Below, piece by piece: positions 23,556 through 35,407 of a DNA stretch of 64,000 nucleotides (its first letter is position 1; the number at the start of each line of letters is the position of its first letter). The translations under genes were made by a program, and so were the position numbers. Under the pieces are notes generated by a model that worked only from the letters and a program-made list of their open reading frames with translations, made no database searches and was not told the DNA's origin. Origin of the DNA: Azolla caroliniana (Eukaryota; Plantae; Polypodiophyta); the NCBI GenBank assembly GCA_043228905.1, contig JBHGNT010000016.1, positions 12,958,001 through 13,022,000 of the forward strand, given 5' to 3'.

Positions 23556-26500
23556 AAGATAAGAAAAATGTGAATGACAATATCGATTTTGTTAATGTTG
23601 CTTCCTCTAATGATTTACTTGTTGTATGTACAAGTTACAATGAAGTTAACATAAGTAGCCATGAAACCACTTGGGTTCTTGATAGTGGTGCCTCCCACCA
23701 TGTTACGTCCAGAAGGGATTTTTTCTCATCTTACACTCCAGGTGACTATGGTGTTGTGAAGATGGGGAATGATGGATTCGCAAAGGTAATCGGCACAGGA
23801 ACCATTTGCTTGCAAACCAACACAGGATCTAAGTTGATTCTACATCAAGTACGACACGTGCCCGATATTAGGTTGGATCTAATCTCCACAGGTACATTAG
23901 ATGACGAGGGTTATAGTCATGCGTCTCAAAATGGTAAGTGGAAAATTTGTAAGGGTTCTATGATTATTGCGAAAGCTAATAAATGTTGTCATAATGGTTT
24001 ATATCTTTTGCAAGCTTCTGTCTCTACTGACTTTGTCAATGCAGTTGAAAATCAAGATGTTTCAAAATTGTGGCATAAGAGATTGTCCCATATTAGTGAA
24101 AAGGGACTTGACTTTCTAGCAAAAAAGAACGTCCTACCAGGTTTAAAAGATGTGAAGTTAGATACATGTGATCACTGTTTGGCAGGGAAGGCTAAGAGGG
24201 TTTCCTTTAAGCATTCTTCTCTTCGACGAAAAGGTATACTCGATCTAGTGCATTCTGATGTGTGTGGACCCTTGAAGGTAAGGTCAATGGGTGGAGCACT
24301 TTATTTTGTTACTTTCATTGATGATCATTCTAGGAAGCTTTGGGTTCGAATGTTGAAATCAAAAGATCAAGTTTTTGATGTTTTTAAAGAGTTTCATGTT
24401 TTTGTTGAGAGAGAAACAGGGAAGAAACTGAAGTGTATTCGTAGCGATAATGGTGGCGAATACTGTGGATCTTTCGATGCGTATTGTCGAGAGCAAGGTA
24501 TCAAACATCAAAGAACCCCTCCTAAGACTCCCCAATTAAATGGTTTGGCCGAAAGAATGAATAGAACCTTAGTTGAAAGAGTTAGGTGCTTACTCTCAGA
24601 TGCAAGGTTACCTAAATCATTTTGGGGTGAGGCTTTGAATACTGTTGCACATATCATTAATTTATCTCCTACTACCGCATTGCAAGGTGATGTACCAAAT
24701 AGAGTATGGTATGGTAAAGATGTCTCTTATGATTATTTACGTGTGTTTGGGTGTAAGTGTTTTGTGCATATACCCAAGGATGAAAGATCAAAGTTAGATG
24801 CTAAATCTAAACAATGCATTTTTATTGGATATGGTCAAGATGATTTTGGTTATAGGTGTTACGATCCTGTGGGAAAGAAGCTTATTAGGAGTCGTGACGT
24901 AGTGTTCATCGAAGACCAAACCATTGAGGACATTGACAAGGCGGAAAGGTCAAATACCCCTTCAGATGGTGACCTAGTAGATATTGAACCAATTCCTATG
25001 ATGGATGATGATACACAAGAGAGTGCCTCACAACAAGAAGAGCAACATGAGGATGTTGTTGAGCCGTTGATTATAGATGATGCTAGTAATGATGTTGTTT
25101 TGCCAAAGACAGGTCTTGAGCGGGGGGAGGAACTCCCATTACAAGAGGTGGCAAATCAACCTTTAAGGAGATCTACTAGAGAACGACGACCATCCATGAG
25201 GTATCCTAGCTCTGAATATGTTTTACTCACTAATGACGGTGAACCGGAAAGTTTTCATGATCTGCAAACTCTTAAAGACAAAGATAGTTGGGTAGAGGCC
25301 ATGCATGAAGAAATTAATTCTTTGAAAAAGAATAACACATTTGAGCTAGTTGAACTTCCTAAGGGTAGGAAAGCTTTGAAAAATAAATGGGTGTTTAAGT
25401 TGAAAAGGGGTGATGATAACTTTATAAAATATAAAGCTCGTTTGGTAGTAAAAGGATATGGTCAAAAGAAAGGAATTGACTTTGATGAAATTTTCTCACC
25501 AGTTGTGAAATTAAGTTCAATACGAATTGTGTTAGGTTTGGTAGCTAGTTTAAACCTTGAACTTGAACAATTAGATGTGAAAACTGCTTTTTTACATGGT
25601 GATCTAGATGAGGAAATATACATGGAACAACCAGAGGGTTTTAAAGAGAAAGGGAAAGAACATTTGGTATGTAGGTTGAAAAAGAGTCTCTATGGCCTAA
25701 AACAAGCACCGCGCCAATGGTATAAAAAGTTTGATTCTTTTATGGTGAATCAAGGTTATAAAAGAACTAATGCGGACCATTGTGTGTATGTTAAACAATT
25801 TGAGGATGGTAATTTTATTATACTTCTTTTGTATGTTGATGATATGCTAATTGTTGGGCAAGACCTAAATATGATTAATAGGTTAAAAGTGGAGTTATCT
25901 AAAACTTTTGACATGAAAGATTTAGGGCCTTCTAAGCACATTTTAGGTATGCAAATAACTCGTGATAGAGAATCAAAGAAATTGTGGCTTTCACAAGAAA
26001 CGTACATAGAAAGAATCCTCGAAAGGTTCAACATGCAATATTCGAAACCAGTAAGTACTCCTCTTGCCACTCACTTTAAATTGAGTAGGAAATGTTGTCC
26101 AATTACCGAGGAGGAAAGAGATGAGATGTCATCGATTCCCTATGCCTCGGCGGTTGGATATTTAATGTATGCTATGGTTAGCACACGACCAGATATTGCA
26201 CATGCAGTTGGTACAGTGAGTAGGTATCTCTCTAACCCTGGTAAATCTCATTGGAATGCCGTAAAATGGATTTTACGGTATTTGAGAGGTACATCTAAGT
26301 TGTGCATTTGTTTTGGAGGTTCTAAACCAATTCTTGAAGGCTTTACAGATGCGGACATGGCTGGAGATCTTGATGGTAGAAAATCTACATCCGGTTTCTT
26401 ATTTACTTTTGCAGGGGGAGCTATATCATGGCAATCCAAATTGCAAAAGTGTGTTGCCTTGTCCACTACGGAAGCTGAATACATTGCGGCAACTGAGGCT

Positions 26501-26797
26501 GGCAAAGAAATGCTTTGGATGAAAAGGTTTCTTTTAGAATTGGGTTTGAGCCAATTAACTTATGTGGTTTTTTGTGACAGTCAAAGTGCAATGGACCTAA
26601 GCAAGAACTCAATGTATCACTCACGAACAAAACATATTGATGTGAGGTATCATTGGTTACGATTAGCTATCGAGGAGCAAAAGTTGCAACTAGAGAAAGT
26701 TCACACTGATGACAACGTTGCTGACATGCTAACAAAGGTGGTTCCAAGGGAGAAGCTTGAGCTATGTGCCAAGCTTGCCGGAATGGAGATGAATTGA
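23552..26797 (+). CDS. pol: Copia Pol (PR-INT-RT-RH)
   Basis: 1081-aa open frame: WVLDSGAS, WHKRLSH, SDNGGEY, YVDDML, TDADMAG, RTKHIDVRYH. Confidence 0.93.
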   Translation: MKDKKNVNDNIDFVNVASSNDLLVVCTSYNEVNISSHETTWVLDSGASHHVTSRRDFFSSYTPGDYGVVKMGNDGFAKVIGTGTICLQTNTGSKLILHQVRHVPDIRLDLISTGTLDDEGYSHASQNGKWKICKGSMIIAKANKCCHNGLYLLQASVSTDFVNAVENQDVSKLWHKRLSHISEKGLDFLAKKNVLPGLKDVKLDTCDHCLAGKAKRVSFKHSSLRRKGILDLVHSDVCGPLKVRSMGGALYFVTFIDDHSRKLWVRMLKSKDQVFDVFKEFHVFVERETGKKLKCIRSDNGGEYCGSFDAYCREQGIKHQRTPPKTPQLNGLAERMNRTLVERVRCLLSDARLPKSFWGEALNTVAHIINLSPTTALQGDVPNRVWYGKDVSYDYLRVFGCKCFVHIPKDERSKLDAKSKQCIFIGYGQDDFGYRCYDPVGKKLIRSRDVVFIEDQTIEDIDKAERSNTPSDGDLVDIEPIPMMDDDTQESASQQEEQHEDVVEPLIIDDASNDVVLPKTGLERGEELPLQEVANQPLRRSTRERRPSMRYPSSEYVLLTNDGEPESFHDLQTLKDKDSWVEAMHEEINSLKKNNTFELVELPKGRKALKNKWVFKLKRGDDNFIKYKARLVVKGYGQKKGIDFDEIFSPVVKLSSIRIVLGLVASLNLELEQLDVKTAFLHGDLDEEIYMEQPEGFKEKGKEHLVCRLKKSLYGLKQAPRQWYKKFDSFMVNQGYKRTNADHCVYVKQFEDGNFIILLLYVDDMLIVGQDLNMINRLKVELSKTFDMKDLGPSKHILGMQITRDRESKKLWLSQETYIERILERFNMQYSKPVSTPLATHFKLSRKCCPITEEERDEMSSIPYASAVGYLMYAMVSTRPDIAHAVGTVSRYLSNPGKSHWNAVKWILRYLRGTSKLCICFGGSKPILEGFTDADMAGDLDGRKSTSGFLFTFAGGAISWQSKLQKCVALSTTEAEYIAATEAGKEMLWMKRFLLELGLSQLTYVVFCDSQSAMDLSKNSMYHSRTKHIDVRYHWLRLAIEEQKLQLEKVHTDDNVADMLTKVVPREKLELCAKLAGMEMN

Positions 26798-29700
26798 GAC
26801 ACAAGCAATTCTCTCCTTGTGTGACCGGAGGGGGAGATTGTTAATTATCCGGTCACTATTTTGTTTTGTTTTTTTTTAATAACATTTATTATTATTATTA
26901 TTAGATAGTAATATGAAACAAAACAAAAGTTTTGTTTCTTTAGTAATTATTACCCTTACTTTATTCTTTAAAAGGGTAAATGTAAGTTACGTTTTTTAGT
27001 GAGTAAAGAAAGAAAATAATAATAGTAATAATAATAATAAAGAGTAAAACAAAACAAAACGACCGTTTTTGTTTTGAGAGAGACAAAGAGAAGGTGGAAA
27101 GGAGATATATATATATGGGAAGAGATGAGAACAAAGTATGAGAGTGTGAAGGAGAGTGAAGCATTGTGAAGCATAGAGAAGCTTAGTGAAGCTTGGTGAA
27201 GCTTGGTGAAGCTTGGTGGAGCTTGGTGAAGCTTGGTGCTCGACTCATCTACTCTTAATCTTCTTTCCATCTCCGCTACTCAACGTGAGATCTACACGGC
27301 TACTACTTCGACTTGTGGACATTCTTATCTGGGTTTTCTTCTCTCTTCTTTTCTACTATATGCTTGAGAGATAGTCTTATCCCTTTGGATTATTGTACCA
27401 TTTTTGTCGGTAGTATTATGCTACATATCTCTACATATTTCTAGTATATCTAGAAGTAGAACTTGTACTTTGTGTTGTATCTCTTTCTTGATAGTGGATT
27501 GGTTTTGGACTTTTGTCCCGTGGTTGTTTCCCTCATTGAGGGTTTTTCCACGTTAAATCTTGTGTAATCTTTTTTGTGTCATTGTGTGTGTGTTGTTGTG
27601 TTCCTTTTACATTATAATCGAGCATAAAACGTGACGCGTGTTACACTCTTACGTGTCTATACCTCTTCAGATCCGTCTAGTTCCGCAAGGTGGTATGTGG
27701 CATTATCATTGGCACTTGTCACCACATACAGCCCGAACCATCTTCTTGCAAACTTCCTTGCTGTACTGTGTTGATTGTCAAGGGTGTTTTCGTAAACCAA
27801 AACCCAATCCCCTTCTTCAATCTTCTTGGGACGAAGTCGATGCGTGTTGTCGAACCAAAATTTGTTCTTTACTCGGGCTGCCTTCATCATCTTTCGCGCT
27901 TTTTCTAAATCTTCAGGTCTTCTTTCAAGTTGCCTTATCCGCGCCGCTAATAACTCTTCTCGGCTCATCTCGTTCTCCCACCGTATCGCTACCCATGAGG
28001 CGATCGTCCTTTCGATGGGCATAATCGGCTTTTGTTCATACATAAGCTCCGTCGGCATATACCCTGTCACTGAGCTATGTGTCGTTCTATCGGCCCACAA
28101 GGCATAGGGCAATAGTCGTGGCCAATTCCCGACTCGACCGTTACATGCCCGTACGATGGCTTTAACGATAGGTCCATGCCCTCGCTCGATCTTCCCATTT
28201 GCTTCCGGATTGTAGGCAGTCGTGAGGGAGAGCTTCACGCCTAGTCTTTCGAAGAGCTCCGTCGCTTCGTGCGCGTCCAACTCCCCTCGGTTGGCCACTA
28301 TCTTCCCTACACATCCATATCGGCAAACAACATCTTCAAGTAGAAATTTGCAAACGGCTGAAGTCGTCTTATTTGTCAAGGCTCGTCCTTCCATTTGATT
28401 TGTCAAGTCTTCCCTTGCTAGCGCTAAGTACTTCATTTGTCCCACTCCCATTGGCATCGAGACCAGATCCACCATCCATTTGAAGCGTATGGTGAGTGGG
28501 TATGTCGGCTTTAACTCATCACGATGACGTATATTTGAATATACTTGGCAAGTTTCGCATGTGGACACGAAATGGAGTACAGCTTTGTACATGCTTGGCC
28601 ACCAGTACTTCTCCTTCAACTTTTCGAACGTCGCCCATGTTCCTCTATGACCTGCCCAAGCACTCTCGTGGAATTCGTTCATCAGCGTCTCTTGCTCTTC
28701 TTTCTTTACCACCACTCGACGTGGTATTCCTGTCCTTCTTTTTGGATGTCGCCAAAGGAATCCTCCCTTCAAGAAGTATCGGTAAGCTTTCTTTCGGATT
28801 CGTAGGGCCTCCTCATTCCGAGAATTGGGAGACAATCTGTCTCTATTATCACTTCTGACCCGATCAGGTAATCTTTGTCCGTCTTCACTGCTGACACAAT
28901 ACCCCAAAGTTCCCGCTTGACTTGGGCATATCTTTGTTGCCGTTCGCTGAGAACCTTTGCTCCGAACCGGACGGCATATAACGCATTATCTTCACCTTCT
29001 TGGTTGATGACTCACCCGATTCCGGTTGGACTCGTATCTACGGTCACGTAAGTTGGTTTCCCTTTGGCATAGTCGGCCTTCCTTAGTGCCGGAGCTTCAA
29101 GAAGCAATTTCTTTAATCTTCGCATCGCCTTTGTGTGATCGTCTTGCCATTCGAACTTTATTCTTTTCTTTAGTAGTCCATATAACGGTTCGGTGACATG
29201 AGCGTAGTGAGGAATCCATATATGATAAAATGCGCACGCTCCAAGGAACCTTCGAACCTCCGTTTGGTTTTCGCATTCTTCTTTCATGTCTTGGATTGCG
29301 TTCACTTTGGATGGCGAGGGCTTCCGGCCGTATGCTCCACACAAGTGACCTACCACCAAGATCTCCGGTTGCCCGAATGCGGATTTTTCTCCCGAAAATG
29401 TGAAATTCGCATCTTCGAGCCTTTGAAGCACCTTCTCGCAATCTTTCATATGATCCGCAACGAACTTTCTACAACCTTCCTTATCTTTCGATTCATCTTT
29501 CTCCTCATCCGAACATCCTTTTATCGGAATATCATCCAAGAATGGCATCGTGATGTCCGGAATGCAATCCTTCAAGACTTTATTCATGGCATTCAACATA
29601 TGAGCCACCGAGTTCGTTGCGCCTTGGGGTAAGGTACACATCCGCACAAGCCCGATCGGAGTCCTCATGGTTGTAATGTCCCGACTGTCGATCGCCAATT

Positions 29701-31759
29701 GGAATTGGTCATATCCGGAGTAGAGATCGCCAATGGAGTAGATGGACCGGCCCGCAAACGCTTCAGCAAATTCGTCCACGCTCGGACCGATTCCGGCATT
29801 TCGAATTGTCACCTTGTTGACGGGTTGAAGATCCTGGATGAATCGCAATGATCCATTCTTCTCCGGCACTGTGAACCACCTATTGGAATAAGGAGCATTC
29901 GACGGTTCTAGAATTCCCATACTCACCTTCTCCTTTAAGAGCTCGATCAGCTTCGGAAGGTGTGCTCTCGGAACCGGTATTGGTTTCAAATTCCAAGGCA
30001 CATGAGGCACCGTGAAGATCACCATCGGCTCTATAACCTTTGGGTCGGCGCATCCGATTTCTCGTGGGAAGAATGTGAAAGCCTTCCCATGTCTCTCAAG
30101 CATATCGTGAAACATTTGCTCCTCTTCAGGGAGAAGGAAATCCTCCTTTCCAACTCGTAGCTTCCCCTTCGTCTCTTTGGTGAAGTCATGACCTATCTTC
30201 TTCGGATCTCTTAAGCTTGGATCGTTAGCGACTTCCTTCATCTTTTGCCAGCTATCTTTCGGTAGCAGAACCGCAACTGGCTTGATCTTCTTATCCACCG
30301 TTTTATATTTCGTGTTGATGTCAGCTTCCTTCATCGAGATGCCACGACGGTATTCATCGATGATAGCGTACATGTTGACGGAGTTAACCGAAATCACGCG
30401 TTCGTTGTGAAGATAGCTCAAGTCCACGACGTCCTCGATTTCGCCGATGGTGTCGTTAAATGAGGCTTCTTCCATAATATGAGTCACGAACTCTCCTTCT
30501 TCTATTATATTCTCTTCTTTCAACATCTTCTCGAATTCTTGTATCCGGCGCTTGTGCTTCTTGTCGGGTAGTACTAGTTTACATGCGCCACTAGGTGTGA
30601 CACATGTTGCTTCTCCTTGCAATCCACACACTCTTCTTTCTTGTGGGGTCTTGTGATTGCTCGGACTATTTGTGCCCCATGCTTCAATAGTCCGCTCTAA
30701 AAATCCGAGGATTCGCCTCCGAGACTATCTTGATTCCTTTCATGATTGGCTCGCACCGTTAGGAATTGGACCGATCTTTGGTTGTCAAGACTCTTTATTC
30801 GTGCGAAGGCTGCTCCATTATCGAACACTTTGGTCTCCATCCGAGATGATATGATATAAGGTTGCCCTAGGATGACAGGATGCGACGCCGATTCTTGTAC
30901 GAAGAAGTGTTGATCCATCTCCACATCCCCGATCGTGACTCTGACATTGGGACAAGCTCCGTAGACTTTGTTGCCGCGCAAATATTCCATCCGTGGTTTG
31001 TATTGATTGGCCATCTTCCTTTTTTGTAGAAGTCGGTTGACATGAGGTTGATCTCCGAGTCGTGGTCGATCAAGGCTACCACGGTCTCTTTCTTCTCCCC
31101 GATCTTCACCGGCGTCTCCGTTGTCGCTCGTGCCCAATGAGGTCGAGTGTAGTGGTTGTCCACCATATCTTCATCGATTTCGTCTCTTGCCATCGTTATG
31201 GCATTCGTTTTTGCTTTTTGCGGCTTCTCTTCTTCCCTCGTCCGATTGTTGTCTCTTTCTCTTTACAAGGTCCACGATCGTGTCATGGAACTCCTTCTTC
31301 GTAATGCCAAGAAATTTTCTCAAGGACAAAGTTACGTGGCTATCAAGAACTCGTTCTTCGAGAATCTTCTTTAGGTTCGTAAGCACTACCTCGTTTTCCG
31401 GTTATGTTTTGCACGCTTCGGTCCGCAAGCTCTACCTCGTTCGATGTGATTTTTCCCTTCTTCTCATATTCGAGAACGGAAGTCCAAAACTTTGCTCCCG
31501 CTCTAGCAGCTTCAGTCTTGTCTTTCCCGACTCTTATTCCGGCCGACGCAGCATAGTGCATCGCATCCACATGAGTCGCATCGGCATCCTCCATAGATCT
31601 CTTCATTCCTCCTCTTCCGAAATTCACCCGTAGGGGTCTTCTAGTCTCGCTTGAGCAGATCATGTTGTCCTTTATGTATACGATATTTTGTCGAATCGCC
31701 TCTCGAAGACTCGCACAATCCCTTCTCATGTGGTCCATGCTACCGCACCACACGCATCT

Positions 31760-32430
31760 TGTTGGGAAACAGGTCCCTCCGGATGGGAAGGGAGAAGAAC
31801 AGTGCCGATGAACAAACTTGGCCTCGGCCGATAGGCCTCGACTGAAACCGGATGAGGAGTACCCGGCTACGGAGAGCCGGATGGTGCAGGCCCGGTATGA
31901 ACCGGATGAGGAGTACTCGGCTACGGAGAGCCGGATGGTACGGACCCGGTGAGAACCGGATGAAGAGACATATTCGTAAATATGTTTCTGAGAGCCCATC
32001 GAGGCTACATTTGTAAATAGCCGAAAAGTCATATTAGTATAAATATGACTTAGGGCAAACTTTTAGTAATAGAGTGAGGTTGTCATTTTCTTGTTGGTGC
32101 AAGAAGAAGAGAGAGCACGTAATAGTGTACAGAGAGAGAGAGAGAGAGAGAAAGAGGTCGCTGCCTCTGTTGTAACCGCCGCCTGTGGCGAGGATCGTGA
32201 GTACGAGGTCGTTGCCTCCGTGAACTCACTGCTTTGTACATTCCAACATAGTGATAGTTTGCAGCCTGTGGGCTGCCGTGGTTTTTCCCTCTTTGGGTTT
32301 TCCACGCAAACATTCTGTGGACCCTTTCTTTTCTTTTGTGTCGCGTGAATTTATTTCCCGTTTTTCTGTGTATGATCCTTAGCTCGGTTGTGGCCAAGCG
32401 TTGCGTAGAGGGAGTGTACAGTTCCCGTCA
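31760..32430 (+). mobile_element. Solo copia family-B LTR inserted in gag of element C
   Basis: TGTTGGG...CCCGTCA termini; TSD CATCT; 2 x 54-bp units. Confidence 0.9.
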
Positions 32431-35407
32431 CATCTAAAGGGTTCTTTTCCTTTAGGGCCCCGACGATTCATGTTGACTAGTGTGACCTCCTCAAACTTCT
32501 TCGCTAGCTCTTCAATGATGTCGTCATCAATCTTCTTTTCTTCCACGTTACTTTGTCTTGGCGGCTCAGCTACTTTCGGCGGTCTTGCTTTCTCCGTGGT
32601 AGTTGATCCTGTCAAGTCGGTGTCATCAACCTATTGGCGACGCTTGTCGAGCCTATTGCATGCCCGCTTCACCGCGATCCAGTCCGCTACAAGCCCATTT
32701 GCTTGGGTATCATCTTCGAGAAGAGTCCCCAACTCCCGTCTATCCTTTATGTCCACGGCCTTCAAGAAGTACAAAGTCTTGTCTTCTTCCAACAACACTT
32801 GGTCCGTATTGGGGAGACGACTAAACATCTGGTCGAATTTGTCCTACACCCTCGAGACACTCATCTTCTTATTCTTCTTCTCTATCCACTTCATCAGGGC
32901 ATGTCGAGCCATCCTCGTTGAGTCTTCAGTCACGAACTCTGCTAGTATCGTTTTCTCGAACTCGGACCATGTTGTCTTACCTTCTTGAAGCTCGATGACG
33001 CGTCTTTGGATGTTGTTGGTGACAACTCTCTTGAAGCTTACGATTTGATGTGCCTCGGACACGTCCCTCTAATTCATCTCCCTTCTATATGCATCAAGGA
33101 ACTTCGTAACGTTCCTTCCATCGAATTGGCCCTCGAGCTCCATGACACGATCGACAGCCTTCTCCACGCTCGCGTCGTTGTCCCGAGATCTCATCATTTG
33201 CTCGACGATTAGCATCATCCTTTCGAGCTCTCCTGCTTGGTTGCTTGAGGACGCCATCTCCAAGTATTAATCTCGACTTGATCCTTCCTACCGCCTCTTT
33301 CACGTCGGGTTCACCACCTAATTATGTCGTGAAGATCCGTCACTACGCGCGGATCGTGAGGCGGAACCGCCGGGGTTCTGGACCGGAAGGATTCAAAGTC
33401 GGTACAAGCTTTGGCGTAAGCTTTAGCGAGAAAGTACTTAAGATAGATTGGGAAAGAGAGAAGTTGAGATCACACGATTGAGAGAGATTGATTGAAAATT
33501 TAACTTTAGATTTAAGAAACAAGTTACACGATCAATTTGATAACGAATTTCTTCCTCTTAATTTTCATAAAAAAAACCGTGTTTTTTCTCCTCCCCCTTC
33601 CTTCTTTTATAGATGCTCTCATGCATATGATGCATGTGAGGGTACAAGACATGCATAAATTGCATGTTTGCCATTTGGCGCTTATGTATTACATGTGGTG
33701 CATGATAACCATGTCACTCATTTTAGCTCTCACGTATGAGAATTTACATATAAAAGTACAATGATAGAAATATAATTTTAACTAAATAGTATGGCTTAAT
33801 GGTAAGCCAATTGACTCATAACTCAGAGATGCAAGGTTCGAATCCTTACTTCCCCTCCTTGTATATGTATATTTGTATATATATTTATATATTTATTTAT
33901 ATAGTCGCCGAATGCCGGTGCTGTCGCCGTATGCCGTCGGTTACCGGTGCCTCACCGGATGCCGGTGCCGTCGGTTCACCATCTACATCGCCGGATGTCG
34001 GTGCCGTCGTCGGATGCCGTCGGTTCACCGTCTCCATCGCCGGTCCGGTTTTGGTTGGCCAAAACCCTTTACGAGTAGCTAGCCCACCTGCACTCTTAGC
34101 TCAAGTTACCTTGAACTCTCTGTGCTCCACACATAGACACAAAGATAATATCTTTTGCTCCACCTTATATATGATGAGAGCCGTATTTGTCGTACCTATG
34201 TGGGATATCTCACAATTTTCTCTTTTCTTTCCACAAACTTTATACCCTCATATCTTGACATTTAGTTGTCCATTTCTCATGTAATAAAGTGCATTCGAAA
34301 CCTCCATCATTTTGTTCTTAGATATTAAAAATGTTATCTTCACAATTATTGTATTATGTGATTCATACTCGATTTCGTACGTTTTATGGGATTTTCACAC
34401 TATTGCCGAAAATCTTCACGACAACGTAAACATCCTGTGTGCTCTTCTCTCCTTTGTGTCGCGTGTTTTCCGTTTCCTGTTTTCTGTGTATGATTCTAAG
34501 CTCGGTTGTGGCCGAGCTTTGCGCATAAGGAGCGTTGCAGTTCCCGACAAGTGGTATAAGAGTGAAATGACACAGAAAATGGATGAATCGTTGGGCGGCA
34601 TGTTCAAGCTCACCGGCTCTAACTATTCAGTGTGGAAGTCGAAGATGAGGGATATGCTCGTGGTAAAAGATCTTTGGGTGCCGGTTCAGTTTGGGGACAA
34701 GAGACCAGACAAAATCGACGCCACGATATGGGAGGTGATGCATATGAAGACAACGGCGCACATACAGTGCTTCATCGACATGAGCCTATACAACAACTTC
34801 ATTGAAGAGAGCAAGGCTCATGAGCTCTAGGAGAAGATCGGCATTATGTTTCAAAACAAAAATGCTGTTAATCAGGTTTCGATATTCCGAAAGCTAGTAA
34901 GACTCCGGTACCAAGATGGCTCCAGCATGGTGGAGCACATGAATGCCTTCCAGGGGCTTATACACCAAGCAACATCATTGGAAGTACCTCTCGCCGACGA
35001 GGTACTAGCACTACTCTTGCTCAGTTCCCTCCCGGATAGCTGGGAGACGATGGTCGGCAATTTGGGCAACGCCGGACCGGAAGGAAAACGGTTATCCCTA
35101 GCATGACTGAAGTCGAGCTTGCTAGATGAGGAGGCGCGTCGGAAAGATAAGGATACGAGCTCCGACTCCATAGCGCTACTTACCGAATCGGAACGCGGAA
35201 GACACAGACATCGTAGTCCCCAGAACCGGGAGAAGTCGGAGACACGGTCAAAGTCGAGGGGGAGGCCTAATTAGTTCTATTGCGGCAAGCCAGGACACTT
35301 CCAGAAGAACTGTCGTCACTTCCGTAAAGACAAGGAAACCGACGGCACCGATTCAAAGCGGACACCGGACCGGAACGGTAAAGACTGTTGGGGACCAAAC
35401 CGGAAGG

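Larger units (their letters stand above)
21890..27669 (+). mobile_element. Young, nearly intact Ty1/copia element D (LTRs 21890-22730 and 26839-27669)
   Basis: TSD GATCC; PBS TGGTATCAGAGC 22733; PPT GGAGGGGGAGAT; LTRs differ by ~3 substitutions and one 10-bp repeat unit. Confidence 0.95.
20656..34423 (-). mobile_element. Ty3/gypsy element C, tRNA-Trp-primed non-chromovirus (Phygy-like); LTRs 20656-21676 and 33325-34423
   Basis: 4-bp TSD ACGT; PBS TGGTGAACCCGACGTGA (33300-33316); PPT GGTGGGGGTGGA; gag-PR (ALIDHDSEINLM), RT GDLYSGYDQF..LPQGATNS..FLDD (29012-30631), RH, integrase 27657-28815; internal deletion near 28815. Confidence 0.9.

Noticed and set aside
33537-34830. ORFs inside C-type LTRs and the many short antisense ORFs in the track
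   Set aside because: Low-complexity or shadow frames with no recognisable domains; recurrence is explained by LTR copies.
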